Source: Christensenellaceae bacterium (GTDB taxonomy: Bacteria; Bacillota; Clostridia; Christensenellales; Borkfalkiaceae). Taken from it: a stretch of 64,000 bases of DNA. Both the position numbers and the translations under genes were made by a program. Where the stretch lies: contig JAZRKO010000001.1 of NCBI GenBank assembly GCA_045646405.1, forward strand, positions 15,566-79,565, written 5' to 3'. Below the pieces are notes generated by a model, which was not told the DNA's origin, searched no databases, and worked only from the letters and a program-made list of their open reading frames with translations. Below, piece by piece: positions 26,508 to 35,385 of this stretch (position 1 is the stretch's first letter; each line of letters starts with the position of its first letter).

Positions 26508-29501
26508 ATGTACTTAAAATCTAAGTTTAATTTCAAAAAATTCTTAATTGCTTTACTTTCTACGCTTATGGCGGTTATGCTTGCCTTCTCGGTTGCTTGT
26601 TCAAACGACGGGGATACCGACGATGGCGACGATAACGACGATACTACTACGACCACTACCACCGTAGACTATCAAACGATAAAAAACGGTGACTTTGAAT
26701 TTGGTTGGACTGAAAAGACTACATTCCCGCTTTCTTCGGCTATCAGTTGGTCGAAAAGCATGGGGTCTGACGTTACTATCGCTCCTTCTTCAAAAGGTTC
26801 TTCGGGTATTATCGACACGGGTGATAAGTTCGCAAACTTAACCTCGAAAAACAAACCGTCTGAAAACCCAAGCACCCCTTACGACAAAGGGCTTATCGAA
26901 AGTAACGACTACGATAAAGACGATGAAGAAAAAAGAGTTAACCCCAACGTTGCAGGCAAAAAGGTTTTAATGATTAACAACCAAAACAACGGCATGGGCA
27001 CTGCTCAGGCGTACAAGGCGTCTAGTTCTATTTCCGTAGCGGTTGACGAGTTCTCGCTCTTATCTTTCTGGATAAAAACGGCTGACCTTAGTAGCGTTTA
27101 CACTCAAAACCCCGGCGCTTACGTTAAAATTTCTAGCAGTAGCGGTTCTACGTCATACGACGATTTCTTTATTAAGGGAATTAACACTAACGGCGAGTGG
27201 GCGCAATTTAATATCGGGCTTAAAGGTTCTTCAATTAGTTCAACCACCGTTAACTTAACTATCGGTCTTGGCGAAGGTAACGGCACCGACCAAAACGGTT
27301 TCGTTGAAGGCTTTACCTTTATCGATAACGTTTTTGTTAAAACTGTAAACGAAGCCGATTATGAAAGCGCGTCGTCAAAAGAAATTAAATCAAGCGATTT
27401 TGCTAACGACACGGTAACTTTGCCCACCACTTATAACGACAACGATTCAACTAGTTCAACGGTTACCGATAAATATAGCGTTGTTTCTTGCAAACTTAAC
27501 TTTGAAAATCAATTTACAACCACGGCGCTTAGCGGTAGCGTTCAATTTGGCTCTGCAAAACAAGGTTACGATTACACCGGCGCAGGCGCAAACAAAATAG
27601 GCTTGGGCAACCTTGCCACTACTAAGGCTATAATTCCTTCGGCGTTTGGCGAAAACGATAGTTTTGATAGCCTTGTTTATATGAACTTTACTAAGCACTC
27701 GTCGGCTAACTTCGTAACCACTCCCGTTTCTATCGGCAAAGGCGGATACAAATACGTTACCTTCTTTGCAAAGGTTAAAGCGTCTAATGCTAACTCTGAT
27801 AAACTCACGGTTGAAATTATTGACAAAAACGGCGATATCGCCGATCAAGACGTTTCGCTATTTGCATCGTTTGACACTTCTGCACTCGAAAGCGAAAGAT
27901 ATAACGACTGGATTAAATACCAAGCGTTCATCAACAACCCCACCGATAAAGACACTTCGTTTGAACTCAAATTCACCTTTGGTTCTAACAAAGATTTTAG
28001 TGATGCTTACGCCCTTCAAACGGGTTACGCAATAATAGCCGACCTTAAAGTTGCCGATACTGACGAGGCTACTTACAACAAAGCAACCGCATCTTCGCAA
28101 CTCGTTAAAAAGCAAGTTTACGGCGAATACCTTTCTTACTCGAAGGTAACCGAAAGCGAAATCGGTAACGACACTTACGGTATTACGGTTGACAAAACTC
28201 AAACCTTTACCCTTAAAGAAGTTCCCGCAACGAACGTTGTAGGCTACAACTTTAAGTCTAATAATGAAAGCACCGCTTACGGTATTATCAACAGCAAATA
28301 CTATAACGAAGCGACTTTCGTTTACGGTTCTAGCACCACGTTTAGCAACAATTTAGTTGGTTTAAGCGGGCTTAAAAACGTTGGCAACAATTTCGCGCAA
28401 GTAGTTATAATGGACAATAAGCAAGCGACTTATTCAAGGTTCGTAACCACTTCGCACACGATAGAAGCCGGCACGATTAGCAAAATCACCGTTAAAGTTA
28501 AAGCGTACGGTAGCGCCGTTTCAAACGTTTCGCTCGTATCTTCTTCGCTTGACGCGGAAGAACTTGAATATCAAGTAATTGACTTTAAGGTTGGCGAGTT
28601 TAGTCAAAAACTCTCGTCTAAAATAACCGCTAATTCGTATCAAAGAGACGGGTGGACCACCGCTCACTACTACGTTCAAGCAGGTAACGAAGATATCTCG
28701 CTTAGAGTAATGGTATCGAACGGCACTAAGGAAACGGCATCGCAAGGCGTAGTACTTTTCGAAGGCGTTACCTTTACTACTGTTGACAGCGCTAAAATCC
28801 AAGCCGATAAGAGCGCGCTCAAACTCAACTTTACTCAATACGCAAACAGCCTTACTGACGATACTTTGAAAGCCGAATACGCGTTCACTTCTAAAATGGA
28901 TACGAGAAAGCCTTCTACCGTTAAGACTGACGGGGAAGACGGTGAAGTCGTTGAAACCACTCAATACTACAACCCTGCGGAAGTATTCCTTGGCAACGAG
29001 TATGCTAAGTTCGTTTCATACGAAACCATCAACGCTGACGACGTTATAGATAACACTACTCCGTCTACCGACGAAGACGGTTCGACCGACACGTCTACCG
29101 ACGAAGGCTATTCAGTAAGTTTAGACGTAACTTTACAAATTTCTTCAATTATAATTGCAGTAGTTTTAATCGCCGTTATGATTACTATTTTAATTAGAAA
29201 CGGTCTTAAAAAGAGAGCAAAACGCAAGGCAAAAACTCAATCTTACTACGAAGAAAATTCGGGCTTTGATAGAAATACCCGTGAAAAAACTCTTAGAAAG
29301 ATAGCCGAAAAGAAGGCTAAAATCGCCCTTGCTAGTGACGACGAAGAATACGATTACGACGCTGCCGAGAAAGTTGACGAATCGCTAGAAGTTGAAACCG
29401 TAGAAGAAGTAGTTGAAGAAACTACCGAAGAAACCGTTGAAACCCAAGATGAACTAGCCGAAGAAACTACCGAAACTGAAAGCGACAACGGTAACGAATA
29501 A
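26508..29501 (+). CDS. Large cell-surface protein with lipobox N-terminus, CBM-like beta-sandwich modules, C-terminal TM anchor and acidic tail
   Basis: Lipobox AFSVAC, an Asp/Thr linker (TTTTTTT), an NGDFEFG start typical of CBM4/9-like modules, a C-terminal TM (ISSIIIAVVLIAVMITILI), a KKRAKRKAK stop-transfer and a Glu-rich tail. Confidence 0.7.
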   Translation: MYLKSKFNFKKFLIALLSTLMAVMLAFSVACSNDGDTDDGDDNDDTTTTTTTVDYQTIKNGDFEFGWTEKTTFPLSSAISWSKSMGSDVTIAPSSKGSSGIIDTGDKFANLTSKNKPSENPSTPYDKGLIESNDYDKDDEEKRVNPNVAGKKVLMINNQNNGMGTAQAYKASSSISVAVDEFSLLSFWIKTADLSSVYTQNPGAYVKISSSSGSTSYDDFFIKGINTNGEWAQFNIGLKGSSISSTTVNLTIGLGEGNGTDQNGFVEGFTFIDNVFVKTVNEADYESASSKEIKSSDFANDTVTLPTTYNDNDSTSSTVTDKYSVVSCKLNFENQFTTTALSGSVQFGSAKQGYDYTGAGANKIGLGNLATTKAIIPSAFGENDSFDSLVYMNFTKHSSANFVTTPVSIGKGGYKYVTFFAKVKASNANSDKLTVEIIDKNGDIADQDVSLFASFDTSALESERYNDWIKYQAFINNPTDKDTSFELKFTFGSNKDFSDAYALQTGYAIIADLKVADTDEATYNKATASSQLVKKQVYGEYLSYSKVTESEIGNDTYGITVDKTQTFTLKEVPATNVVGYNFKSNNESTAYGIINSKYYNEATFVYGSSTTFSNNLVGLSGLKNVGNNFAQVVIMDNKQATYSRFVTTSHTIEAGTISKITVKVKAYGSAVSNVSLVSSSLDAEELEYQVIDFKVGEFSQKLSSKITANSYQRDGWTTAHYYVQAGNEDISLRVMVSNGTKETASQGVVLFEGVTFTTVDSAKIQADKSALKLNFTQYANSLTDDTLKAEYAFTSKMDTRKPSTVKTDGEDGEVVETTQYYNPAEVFLGNEYAKFVSYETINADDVIDNTTPSTDEDGSTDTSTDEGYSVSLDVTLQISSIIIAVVLIAVMITILIRNGLKKRAKRKAKTQSYYEENSGFDRNTREKTLRKIAEKKAKIALASDDEEYDYDAAEKVDESLEVETVEEVVEETTEETVETQDELAEETTETESDNGNE

Positions 29502-29511
29502 CAACTAAATT

Positions 29512-29546
29512 AAAAGACTGCTTTTTTGAAAAAGCAGTCTTTTTTT
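29512..29546. terminator. Bidirectional terminator
   Basis: aaaagactgcttttt-tg-aaaaagcagtctttt. Confidence 0.75.
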
Positions 29547-30201
29547 ATTCTGTTATTTCTTTTATATATAAAGTATCGCCACTAACGGTGAATTTTACGT
29601 TATGCTTTCCGTAACTCATACCGTACACTCTATTTTCGTCAGTTTGATACGACGGGCGAGGGTCGTTTTCTAAGCAAGTAATTATATCTAATTTATCGGT
29701 TTTATCAAGCCCGTCTAAAACACTTTGATTTTCAACTTTTAATTTATAGCCGAAAAACTCTTGGGCGTAACCGCAGTTGGCGTTTGCGTGGCAGTCGGTA
29801 AAAGTGAGATAGGGTTTTATATCGTAGATGGGCGTTCCGTCTAAAAGGTCTGCACCCGAAACGATAAGCCTGCCCTTTTCCACCCTTTCAAGTTTTACTG
29901 ACGATAGCCCAAGCCCGTTCGGTCTATACGGCGAACGGCTTGCAAACACGCCAACTTTTTTATTACCGCCAAGCCGTGGCGGGCGAACGCTTAATTGATA
30001 CTTGCCTTCCGTTTTAGAAAAACCGAATATTAGCCAGATATGCGAAAACCCGTCAAGTTCCTTAACGGCTATCTCGCTTGAAAATTCCTTTTCGAACTCT
30101 ATCGTCGATAGTATTTTAGTTTTTCCACTTTGGCGGGGTATCCCAAACTTATCCTTAAACGCGTTTTTTATATGCGCTACGGGTTTAATTTCTTTAATCA
30201 T
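29545..30201 (-). CDS. trmO: tRNA (N6-threonylcarbamoyladenosine(37)-N6)-methyltransferase TrmO (TsaA/YaeB family)
   Basis: KFGIPRQSG, RPNGLGLSSVKL and GTPIYDIKPY are hallmark motifs of the TsaA-like fold. Confidence 0.85.
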   Translation of the reverse strand: MIKEIKPVAHIKNAFKDKFGIPRQSGKTKILSTIEFEKEFSSEIAVKELDGFSHIWLIFGFSKTEGKYQLSVRPPRLGGNKKVGVFASRSPYRPNGLGLSSVKLERVEKGRLIVSGADLLDGTPIYDIKPYLTFTDCHANANCGYAQEFFGYKLKVENQSVLDGLDKTDKLDIITCLENDPRPSYQTDENRVYGMSYGKHNVKFTVSGDTLYIKEITE

Positions 30202-31243
30202 TTTTATTCATTTTCCTTCTAATTCTATTTAAGTGGCGCTCAAAACTACCGCTATTTATAAACTCGGCTAGAACGTACTGGTCAAGCACGGGTACCGAAC
30301 ACGCAAAACCCTTTAACTTATTATTATATATAGATAAAATGGGTTTAGGAATTATCATATAACCTATCCTCATTGACGCCGATAAACTCTTAGAAAAAGT
30401 GTTAACGTAAATTACCCTTTTACCACCGCTTAAACTATATAGTGTTTCTATCGGGTTACCGGGGATAAAGAACTCGCTGGCAAAATCGTCTTCTATAACG
30501 TAACTGTTTTTGTCTTTCGCCCAAGCAAGGTATTCGTAGCGCTTTTTAACGCTTGCCGTCACGCACGACGGGTAACTGTTAAACGGGGTTACGTGCAACA
30601 CGTCAAACTCCTTACCTTCTAGTTCTTCACTCTTAATTCCGTCACTACCCATATCAAGGTGGCAAATTTTAACGCCTTCTTGGTTATACACCTTTTCTAT
30701 TTGCTTATAAGACGGGTTTTCTATGCCGTAAATTTTATCTCTACCTAGTATTTTAATAGACGTTTCGTAAAGTTGTTCAGCCCCCGAACCTATTATAATT
30801 TGCCTAGGCTCAACGATTATTCCCCTATACCTTGAAAGATAGTCGGATATCGCGTTTCTTAAAACCGCGCAACCTTCGGTTGGCGCTTTTATAAAAAGTT
30901 CTTTGTCCCTTTCAGCAATAACCTTTCTAACCGTTTTGAACCAAAGCGAATATTCAAACGGCTCGCTTTTATCCGCCTTAGGTTCGCTAAGTTTTTCCCT
31001 TTTTACTGCGCTTTCTCTCTCGCTAAATAACGGGTTTATTTCGCAAACGAAATAGCCGCTACGCTGTTTAGGAATAATATAGCCTTCTTGCTCTAATATC
31101 CCGTAAGCCGTTTCAACGGTAATTTGGCTATACCCCGTGATATCCGCCATCACTCGTTTAGACGGTAACTTCTCCCCCGCCTTATACTCGCCCGAAATTA
31201 TATCCTTTTTCAATTTTTCGTATAGACTGTAATATTTCTTCAT
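30194..31243 (-). CDS. MocR/PdxR-like regulator (GntR HTH fused to a short aminotransferase-like domain)
   Basis: The N-terminal GntR wHTH is LPSKRVMADITGYSQITVETAYGILEQEGYI. The C-terminal fold-type-I-like part has NTFSKSLSASMRIGY (PLP-lysine context). It is divergent from pdxK. Confidence 0.75.
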   Translation of the reverse strand: MKKYYSLYEKLKKDIISGEYKAGEKLPSKRVMADITGYSQITVETAYGILEQEGYIIPKQRSGYFVCEINPLFSERESAVKREKLSEPKADKSEPFEYSLWFKTVRKVIAERDKELFIKAPTEGCAVLRNAISDYLSRYRGIIVEPRQIIIGSGAEQLYETSIKILGRDKIYGIENPSYKQIEKVYNQEGVKICHLDMGSDGIKSEELEGKEFDVLHVTPFNSYPSCVTASVKKRYEYLAWAKDKNSYVIEDDFASEFFIPGNPIETLYSLSGGKRVIYVNTFSKSLSASMRIGYMIIPKPILSIYNNKLKGFACSVPVLDQYVLAEFINSGSFERHLNRIRRKMNKND

Positions 31244-31339
31244 ATCTGGTTATAAAAAAAACTCTTATTTTGATTATTTTAATAATACCACATTACGATT
31301 ATAATGTAAATAACATTTACTTGTCTAAGGAGAATTTTT

Positions 31340-32173
31340 ATGAATTACCCAAAAATTTTAACAATACAAGATATATCTTGCGTAGGTCAATGTTCGCTAA
31401 CCGTAGCGCTACCAATACTATCCGCTTGTGGAATTGAAACTTGCATATTACCGTCTGCGGTACTATCTACTCACACGGCGGGTTTTAAGGGGTTCACTTT
31501 TAGAGATTTAGCAAGTGATATGCCCGCAATTTTTAGTCACTGGAAAAATGAAAATATTGAATTTGACGGAATTTACACGGGTTATTTAGGTAGTCGTGAA
31601 CAAGTTGACTATATAGTAGATTTTGCTCTTCCGCTACTTAAAAAAGGGGCTAAACTTATAGTAGACCCTGCTTTTGCTGACAATGGCAACCTTTATCCTA
31701 TTTTTAATAACGAGTACGTTGAAAAAATGAAAGACCTTGTAAGATGCGCCGATTATTTACTTCCAAACCTTACCGAGGCTTGCTATTTAACGGGAATTGA
31801 GTATAAAACCGAGTACGATAAAGAGTATATACTTTCAGTTATGAAAGCGCTTTGCGATATGGGTGCAAAATCGGTGGTTTTAACCGGTGTTTCGTATGAA
31901 AACGGTTATACCGGCGTTGCGGTATACGAAAACGGCAACTACTCGTACTATAAGCACGAATTTTTACCTAACAGTTGCCACGGCACGGGCGATATTTACG
32001 CTTCGGCTTTTGCAGGGGCGCTGTTTAAGGGGCATAGCGCGATAAATTCGGCTAAAATTGCGGCAGACTACACGGTAGAGTGCATAAAGTGTACCGCGGG
32101 CGATAAGTCGCACTGGTACGGCGCTAAGTTCGAGCCTTGCCTTATCGAACTTATAAAAGCGATAAACGCTTGA
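31340..32173 (+). CDS. pdxK: Pyridoxal/pyridoxine/pyridoxamine kinase
   Basis: Ribokinase-fold PdxK pattern: ILTIQDISCVGQCSLTVALPILSACG at the N-terminus and GTGDIYASAF at the anion hole. Confidence 0.85.
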   Translation: MNYPKILTIQDISCVGQCSLTVALPILSACGIETCILPSAVLSTHTAGFKGFTFRDLASDMPAIFSHWKNENIEFDGIYTGYLGSREQVDYIVDFALPLLKKGAKLIVDPAFADNGNLYPIFNNEYVEKMKDLVRCADYLLPNLTEACYLTGIEYKTEYDKEYILSVMKALCDMGAKSVVLTGVSYENGYTGVAVYENGNYSYYKHEFLPNSCHGTGDIYASAFAGALFKGHSAINSAKIAADYTVECIKCTAGDKSHWYGAKFEPCLIELIKAINA

Positions 32174-32198
32174 CAATAAAAATATTTCGTGGTATTAT
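32170..32198 (+). promoter_or_regulatory. Sigma-70-type promoter of the T-box leader
   Basis: TTGACA, a 17-nt spacer, then TATTAT. Confidence 0.55.
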
Positions 32199-32468
32199 TT
32201 AGAAAACCGATGAGAAAGAGTAAGTAGGTATCGTCAATTTTTGCAAAGAGAGTTGCAGGTGGTGAGATTGCAACGAAAAACACGGTACTAAATGGGCTTT
32301 CGAGGGCAAACAGAAAGGTAAAGGTTTACTTAGTATGGGCGACGGGGTGGCTTTCCGTAACAAAAGTCAGCATATAATAGTATGCGTTAAGTGGGCGCGT
32401 TAGCGCCAAGCCGGGTGGCACCACAGGTAATTATCCTGTCCCAGCATTTGCAAGGGGCAGGTTTTTTT
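32199..32468 (+). promoter_or_regulatory. T-box riboswitch leader, probable Trp (UGG) specifier
   Basis: Stem I elements are present: TGAGAAAGAGTA (GA/AGTA), the AGAGAG bulge and the GGTGGTGAGA distal loop. The specifier loop reads tAAATGGg after the GTATCGT/ACGGTAC helix. The T-box sequence CCGGGTGGCACCAC is at 32411-32424, followed by the terminator cctgtccc...ggggcagg plus T7. Confidence 0.8.
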
Positions 32469-32495
32469 ATACCTTTTGCCCTAAAAGGAGTTATT

Positions 32496-33863
32496 ATGGA
32501 AGAAAAAATACCTTACAAAATTTATCTGGAAGAAAGCGAGATGCCGTCGTCGTGGATAAACCTAAGGGCGTTTATGGATAAAAAGCCGTCGCCACTTCTT
32601 AGCCCCACCACCTTAAAACCCATTACGCTTGAAGAATTATCTAACGTGTTTTGTGAAGAACTCGCTCGCCAAGAACTTGACGATACGAGTGAGTATATTG
32701 AAATTCCCGAAGAAATTCGCAACTTTTATAAGATGTACCGCCCTGCACCGCTCGTTAGGGCTTATTGCTTAGAAAAAGCGCTTAAAACCCCCGCTAAAAT
32801 TTACTATAAGTTTGAAGGCAACAACACGTCTGGCTCGCATAAACTCAACTCTGCTATTGCTCAGGCTTATTACGCTAAACGCCAAGGCTTAAAAGGCGTA
32901 ACCACGGAAACGGGCGCAGGTCAATGGGGAACGGCGCTTTCCATGGCGTGTTCGTACTTTGATTTAGAGTGCAACGTTTTTATGGTAAAATGTTCGTACG
33001 AGCAAAAACCGTTTAGGCGAGAAGTTATGAGAACTTACGGCGCTTTCGTTACGCCTTCGCCTTCGATGACTACTGAGGTTGGCAAAAAAATAAACGCGGA
33101 ATTCCCAGGAACTTCCGGCTCTCTCGGTTGTGCAATTAGTGAAGCCGTTGAAGTTGCCACTAAAAACCCCGACTACCGCTACGTTTTAGGTAGCGTTCTT
33201 AACCAAGTACTTCTTCATCAATCGGTTATCGGTTTAGAAACCAAAACCGCGCTTGATAAATACGGCGTTACCCCCGATATCATTATCGGTTGCGCCGGCG
33301 GTGGCTCTAACCTTGGCGGTCTTATCGCTCCGTTTATGGCGGAAAAATTACAAGGCAAAAAAGATTATAGATTTATTGCGGTTGAGCCGTCGTCTTGCCC
33401 AACGCTTACTCGTGGCGTTTACGCTTACGACTACTGCGACACGGGTAAAGTTTGCCCTCTTTCTAAAATGTACACCTTAGGTAGCGGATATATCCCTGCC
33501 GCTAGCCACGCGGGTGGGCTTAGATACCACGGTATGACCTCAACGCTTTCAGAACTTTACGACCAAGGCTTAATGGAGGCAACTTCGGTTACTCAAACGG
33601 AAGTTTTCAAAGTTGCCCAGCAGTTTGCAAAAGTTGAAGGCATTCTCCCCGCGCCCGAAAGTTCACACGCTATAAAAGTAGCCGTTGACGAGGCGCTTAA
33701 ATGCAAAGAAACGGGCGAAGAAAAAACGATAGTATTCGGCTTGACGGGTACGGGCTACTTTGATATGTACGCTTATCAAAAATTTAACGACGGGGTTATG
33801 CAAGACTACACGCCGAGTGACGAAGAACTTAAAGTAGCAATTGAGAAACTTCCTAAAATTTAA
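32496..33863 (+). CDS. trpB: TrpB2-type tryptophan synthase beta-like PLP enzyme
   Basis: GSHKLNSAIAQAYYAK (PLP lysine) and GCAGGGSNLGG. The length is about 455 aa from the MEEKIPY start, which has an AAAGGAG RBS. The GTG-extended ORF in the track is actually leader RNA. Confidence 0.88.
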   Translation: MEEKIPYKIYLEESEMPSSWINLRAFMDKKPSPLLSPTTLKPITLEELSNVFCEELARQELDDTSEYIEIPEEIRNFYKMYRPAPLVRAYCLEKALKTPAKIYYKFEGNNTSGSHKLNSAIAQAYYAKRQGLKGVTTETGAGQWGTALSMACSYFDLECNVFMVKCSYEQKPFRREVMRTYGAFVTPSPSMTTEVGKKINAEFPGTSGSLGCAISEAVEVATKNPDYRYVLGSVLNQVLLHQSVIGLETKTALDKYGVTPDIIIGCAGGGSNLGGLIAPFMAEKLQGKKDYRFIAVEPSSCPTLTRGVYAYDYCDTGKVCPLSKMYTLGSGYIPAASHAGGLRYHGMTSTLSELYDQGLMEATSVTQTEVFKVAQQFAKVEGILPAPESSHAIKVAVDEALKCKETGEEKTIVFGLTGTGYFDMYAYQKFNDGVMQDYTPSDEELKVAIEKLPKI

Positions 33864-33866
33864 CAC

Positions 33867-33896
33867 AAAAAAACCTTGCCACACGGCAAGGTTTTT
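33867..33896. terminator. Bidirectional terminator
   Basis: aaaaaaaccttgcc-acac-ggcaaggttttt. Confidence 0.8.
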
Positions 33897-33899
33897 ATT

Positions 33900-34136
33900 T
33901 TATAAATCGCTGAGCGGAACTTTCTTGTTAAGTAGTACGCAAACTATATCTACAAGCCACAAGAACGCAGCGCCGGGAACTATCCACAAAATACCAACTA
34001 TAAGTTGAACTAGGCTTTCTTTGGTGATGCCTTTCATAATTCTGTATACTGCCCAAACTATATCGAGCGCGGGAATACAAAAAATAAGTTTTGCAATAAA
34101 CGGAAGATTATCCATAGCCTTAATAAAATCTTTCAT
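33900..34136 (-). CDS. Small membrane protein (2 TM), unknown function
   Basis: 78-aa ORF with two hydrophobic helices and a GGAGGAA RBS. Confidence 0.5.
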   Translation of the reverse strand: MKDFIKAMDNLPFIAKLIFCIPALDIVWAVYRIMKGITKESLVQLIVGILWIVPGAAFLWLVDIVCVLLNKKVPLSDL

Positions 34137-34186
34137 TAAAAATTCCTCCTACTTTATTTTCATTATATGAAAAATTTGAAAGAGTG

Positions 34187-35368
34187 TCAATACTTTCTCC
34201 AAACCATTTTATCAACTATGCCCGTATACGACTGAATAAGTTTAACTACTTTCGTTGAAACGTTTAGGTCAGTATAATCGGGTACGGGAATTCCTTGCAA
34301 GCCGTTTACGTTGAGTTTAACGGCAGTTTCTACCGCTTGAAGCAAACTCTTTTCGTCAATGCCCGCAAGAACGAAACACGCTTTGTCAAGCGCCTCTGGG
34401 CGCTCGGTTGACGTTCTTATGCAAACCGCAGGGAAAGGTTTACCTATACTTGTAAAGAAGGAACTTTCCTCAGGTAGCGTGCCACTATCGGAAACCACCG
34501 CGTAAGCGTTCATTTGAAGGTTATTGTAGTCGTTAAACCCAAGCGGTTGCTGACAAATAACGCGTTTATCAAGCACGAAACCGCTTTTTTCTAAACGCTT
34601 TTTGCTTCTTGGGTGGCAACTATAAAGTATAGGCATATCGTACTTTTCAGCCATTTTGTTAATCGCCGTGAAAAGCGAGATAAAGTTCTTTTCAGTATCG
34701 ATATTTTCTTCTCTATGCGCGGAAAGTAATATATAGTTCTTCTTTTTAAGGTTAAGCCTATCTAAAACGTCACTACTCTCTATTTGTTTAAGATTTCCGC
34801 TTAAAACTTCCGCCATAGGCGAACCCGTTACGTACGTTCTTTCTTTGGGAAGTCCGCAGTCGGCAAGATATCTTCTAGCGTGTTCGCTATACGCTAAGTT
34901 TACATCGGAAATAATATCTACTATACGGCGGTTGGTTTCTTCTGGCAAGCACTCGTCTTTACAGCGGTTGCCTGCTTCCATATGGAAAATAGGAATATGA
35001 AGCCTTTTAGCGGGAATTGCCGATAAGCAACTATTAGTATCGCCAAGTATCAAAAGCGCGTCGGGCTTGATTTCAGCCATAAGTTTATACGAACAGTTTA
35101 TAATATTTCCTACCGTTGCGCCTAAGTCGTCACCTACCGCGTCCATATACGTTTCGGGTGGGAAAAGATTTAAGTCTTTGAAAAATACGCCGTTTAAGTT
35201 ATAGTCGTAGTTTTGACCGGTGTGCGCGAGTATGCAGTCAAAGTACTCACGGCATCTTCTAATCGTTGCCGAAAGCCTTATAATTTCGGGGCGAGTGCCA
35301 ACTATAATTAAAAGTTTAAGTCTGCCATCGTTACTAAATTTCACGCCGGAATAATCAAGTTTTATCAT
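34187..35368 (-). CDS. fnlC: Non-hydrolysing UDP-sugar 2-epimerase, FnlC/CapG/WbjD-like
   Basis: LIIVGTRPEIIRLS and HTGQNYD motifs. It lies in an operon with FnlA- and FnlB-like genes. Confidence 0.8.
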   Translation of the reverse strand: MIKLDYSGVKFSNDGRLKLLIIVGTRPEIIRLSATIRRCREYFDCILAHTGQNYDYNLNGVFFKDLNLFPPETYMDAVGDDLGATVGNIINCSYKLMAEIKPDALLILGDTNSCLSAIPAKRLHIPIFHMEAGNRCKDECLPEETNRRIVDIISDVNLAYSEHARRYLADCGLPKERTYVTGSPMAEVLSGNLKQIESSDVLDRLNLKKKNYILLSAHREENIDTEKNFISLFTAINKMAEKYDMPILYSCHPRSKKRLEKSGFVLDKRVICQQPLGFNDYNNLQMNAYAVVSDSGTLPEESSFFTSIGKPFPAVCIRTSTERPEALDKACFVLAGIDEKSLLQAVETAVKLNVNGLQGIPVPDYTDLNVSTKVVKLIQSYTGIVDKMVWRKY

Positions 35369-35385
35369 TTTAATTCTCCTTAGTT

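Noticed and set aside
27456-28964. Several minus-strand ORFs (114-147 aa) inside the 997-aa surface-protein gene.
   Set aside because: They are antisense shadows with Arg/Phe/Val-rich products and no start context. The plus-strand frame is continuous for 997 codons with coherent domain features.
32391-32495. GTG-initiated N-terminal extension of the TrpB2 ORF.
   Set aside because: This stretch contains the T-box sequence and the terminator hairpin with its T7 run. The real start is the ATG at 32496, which has an AAAGGAG RBS.
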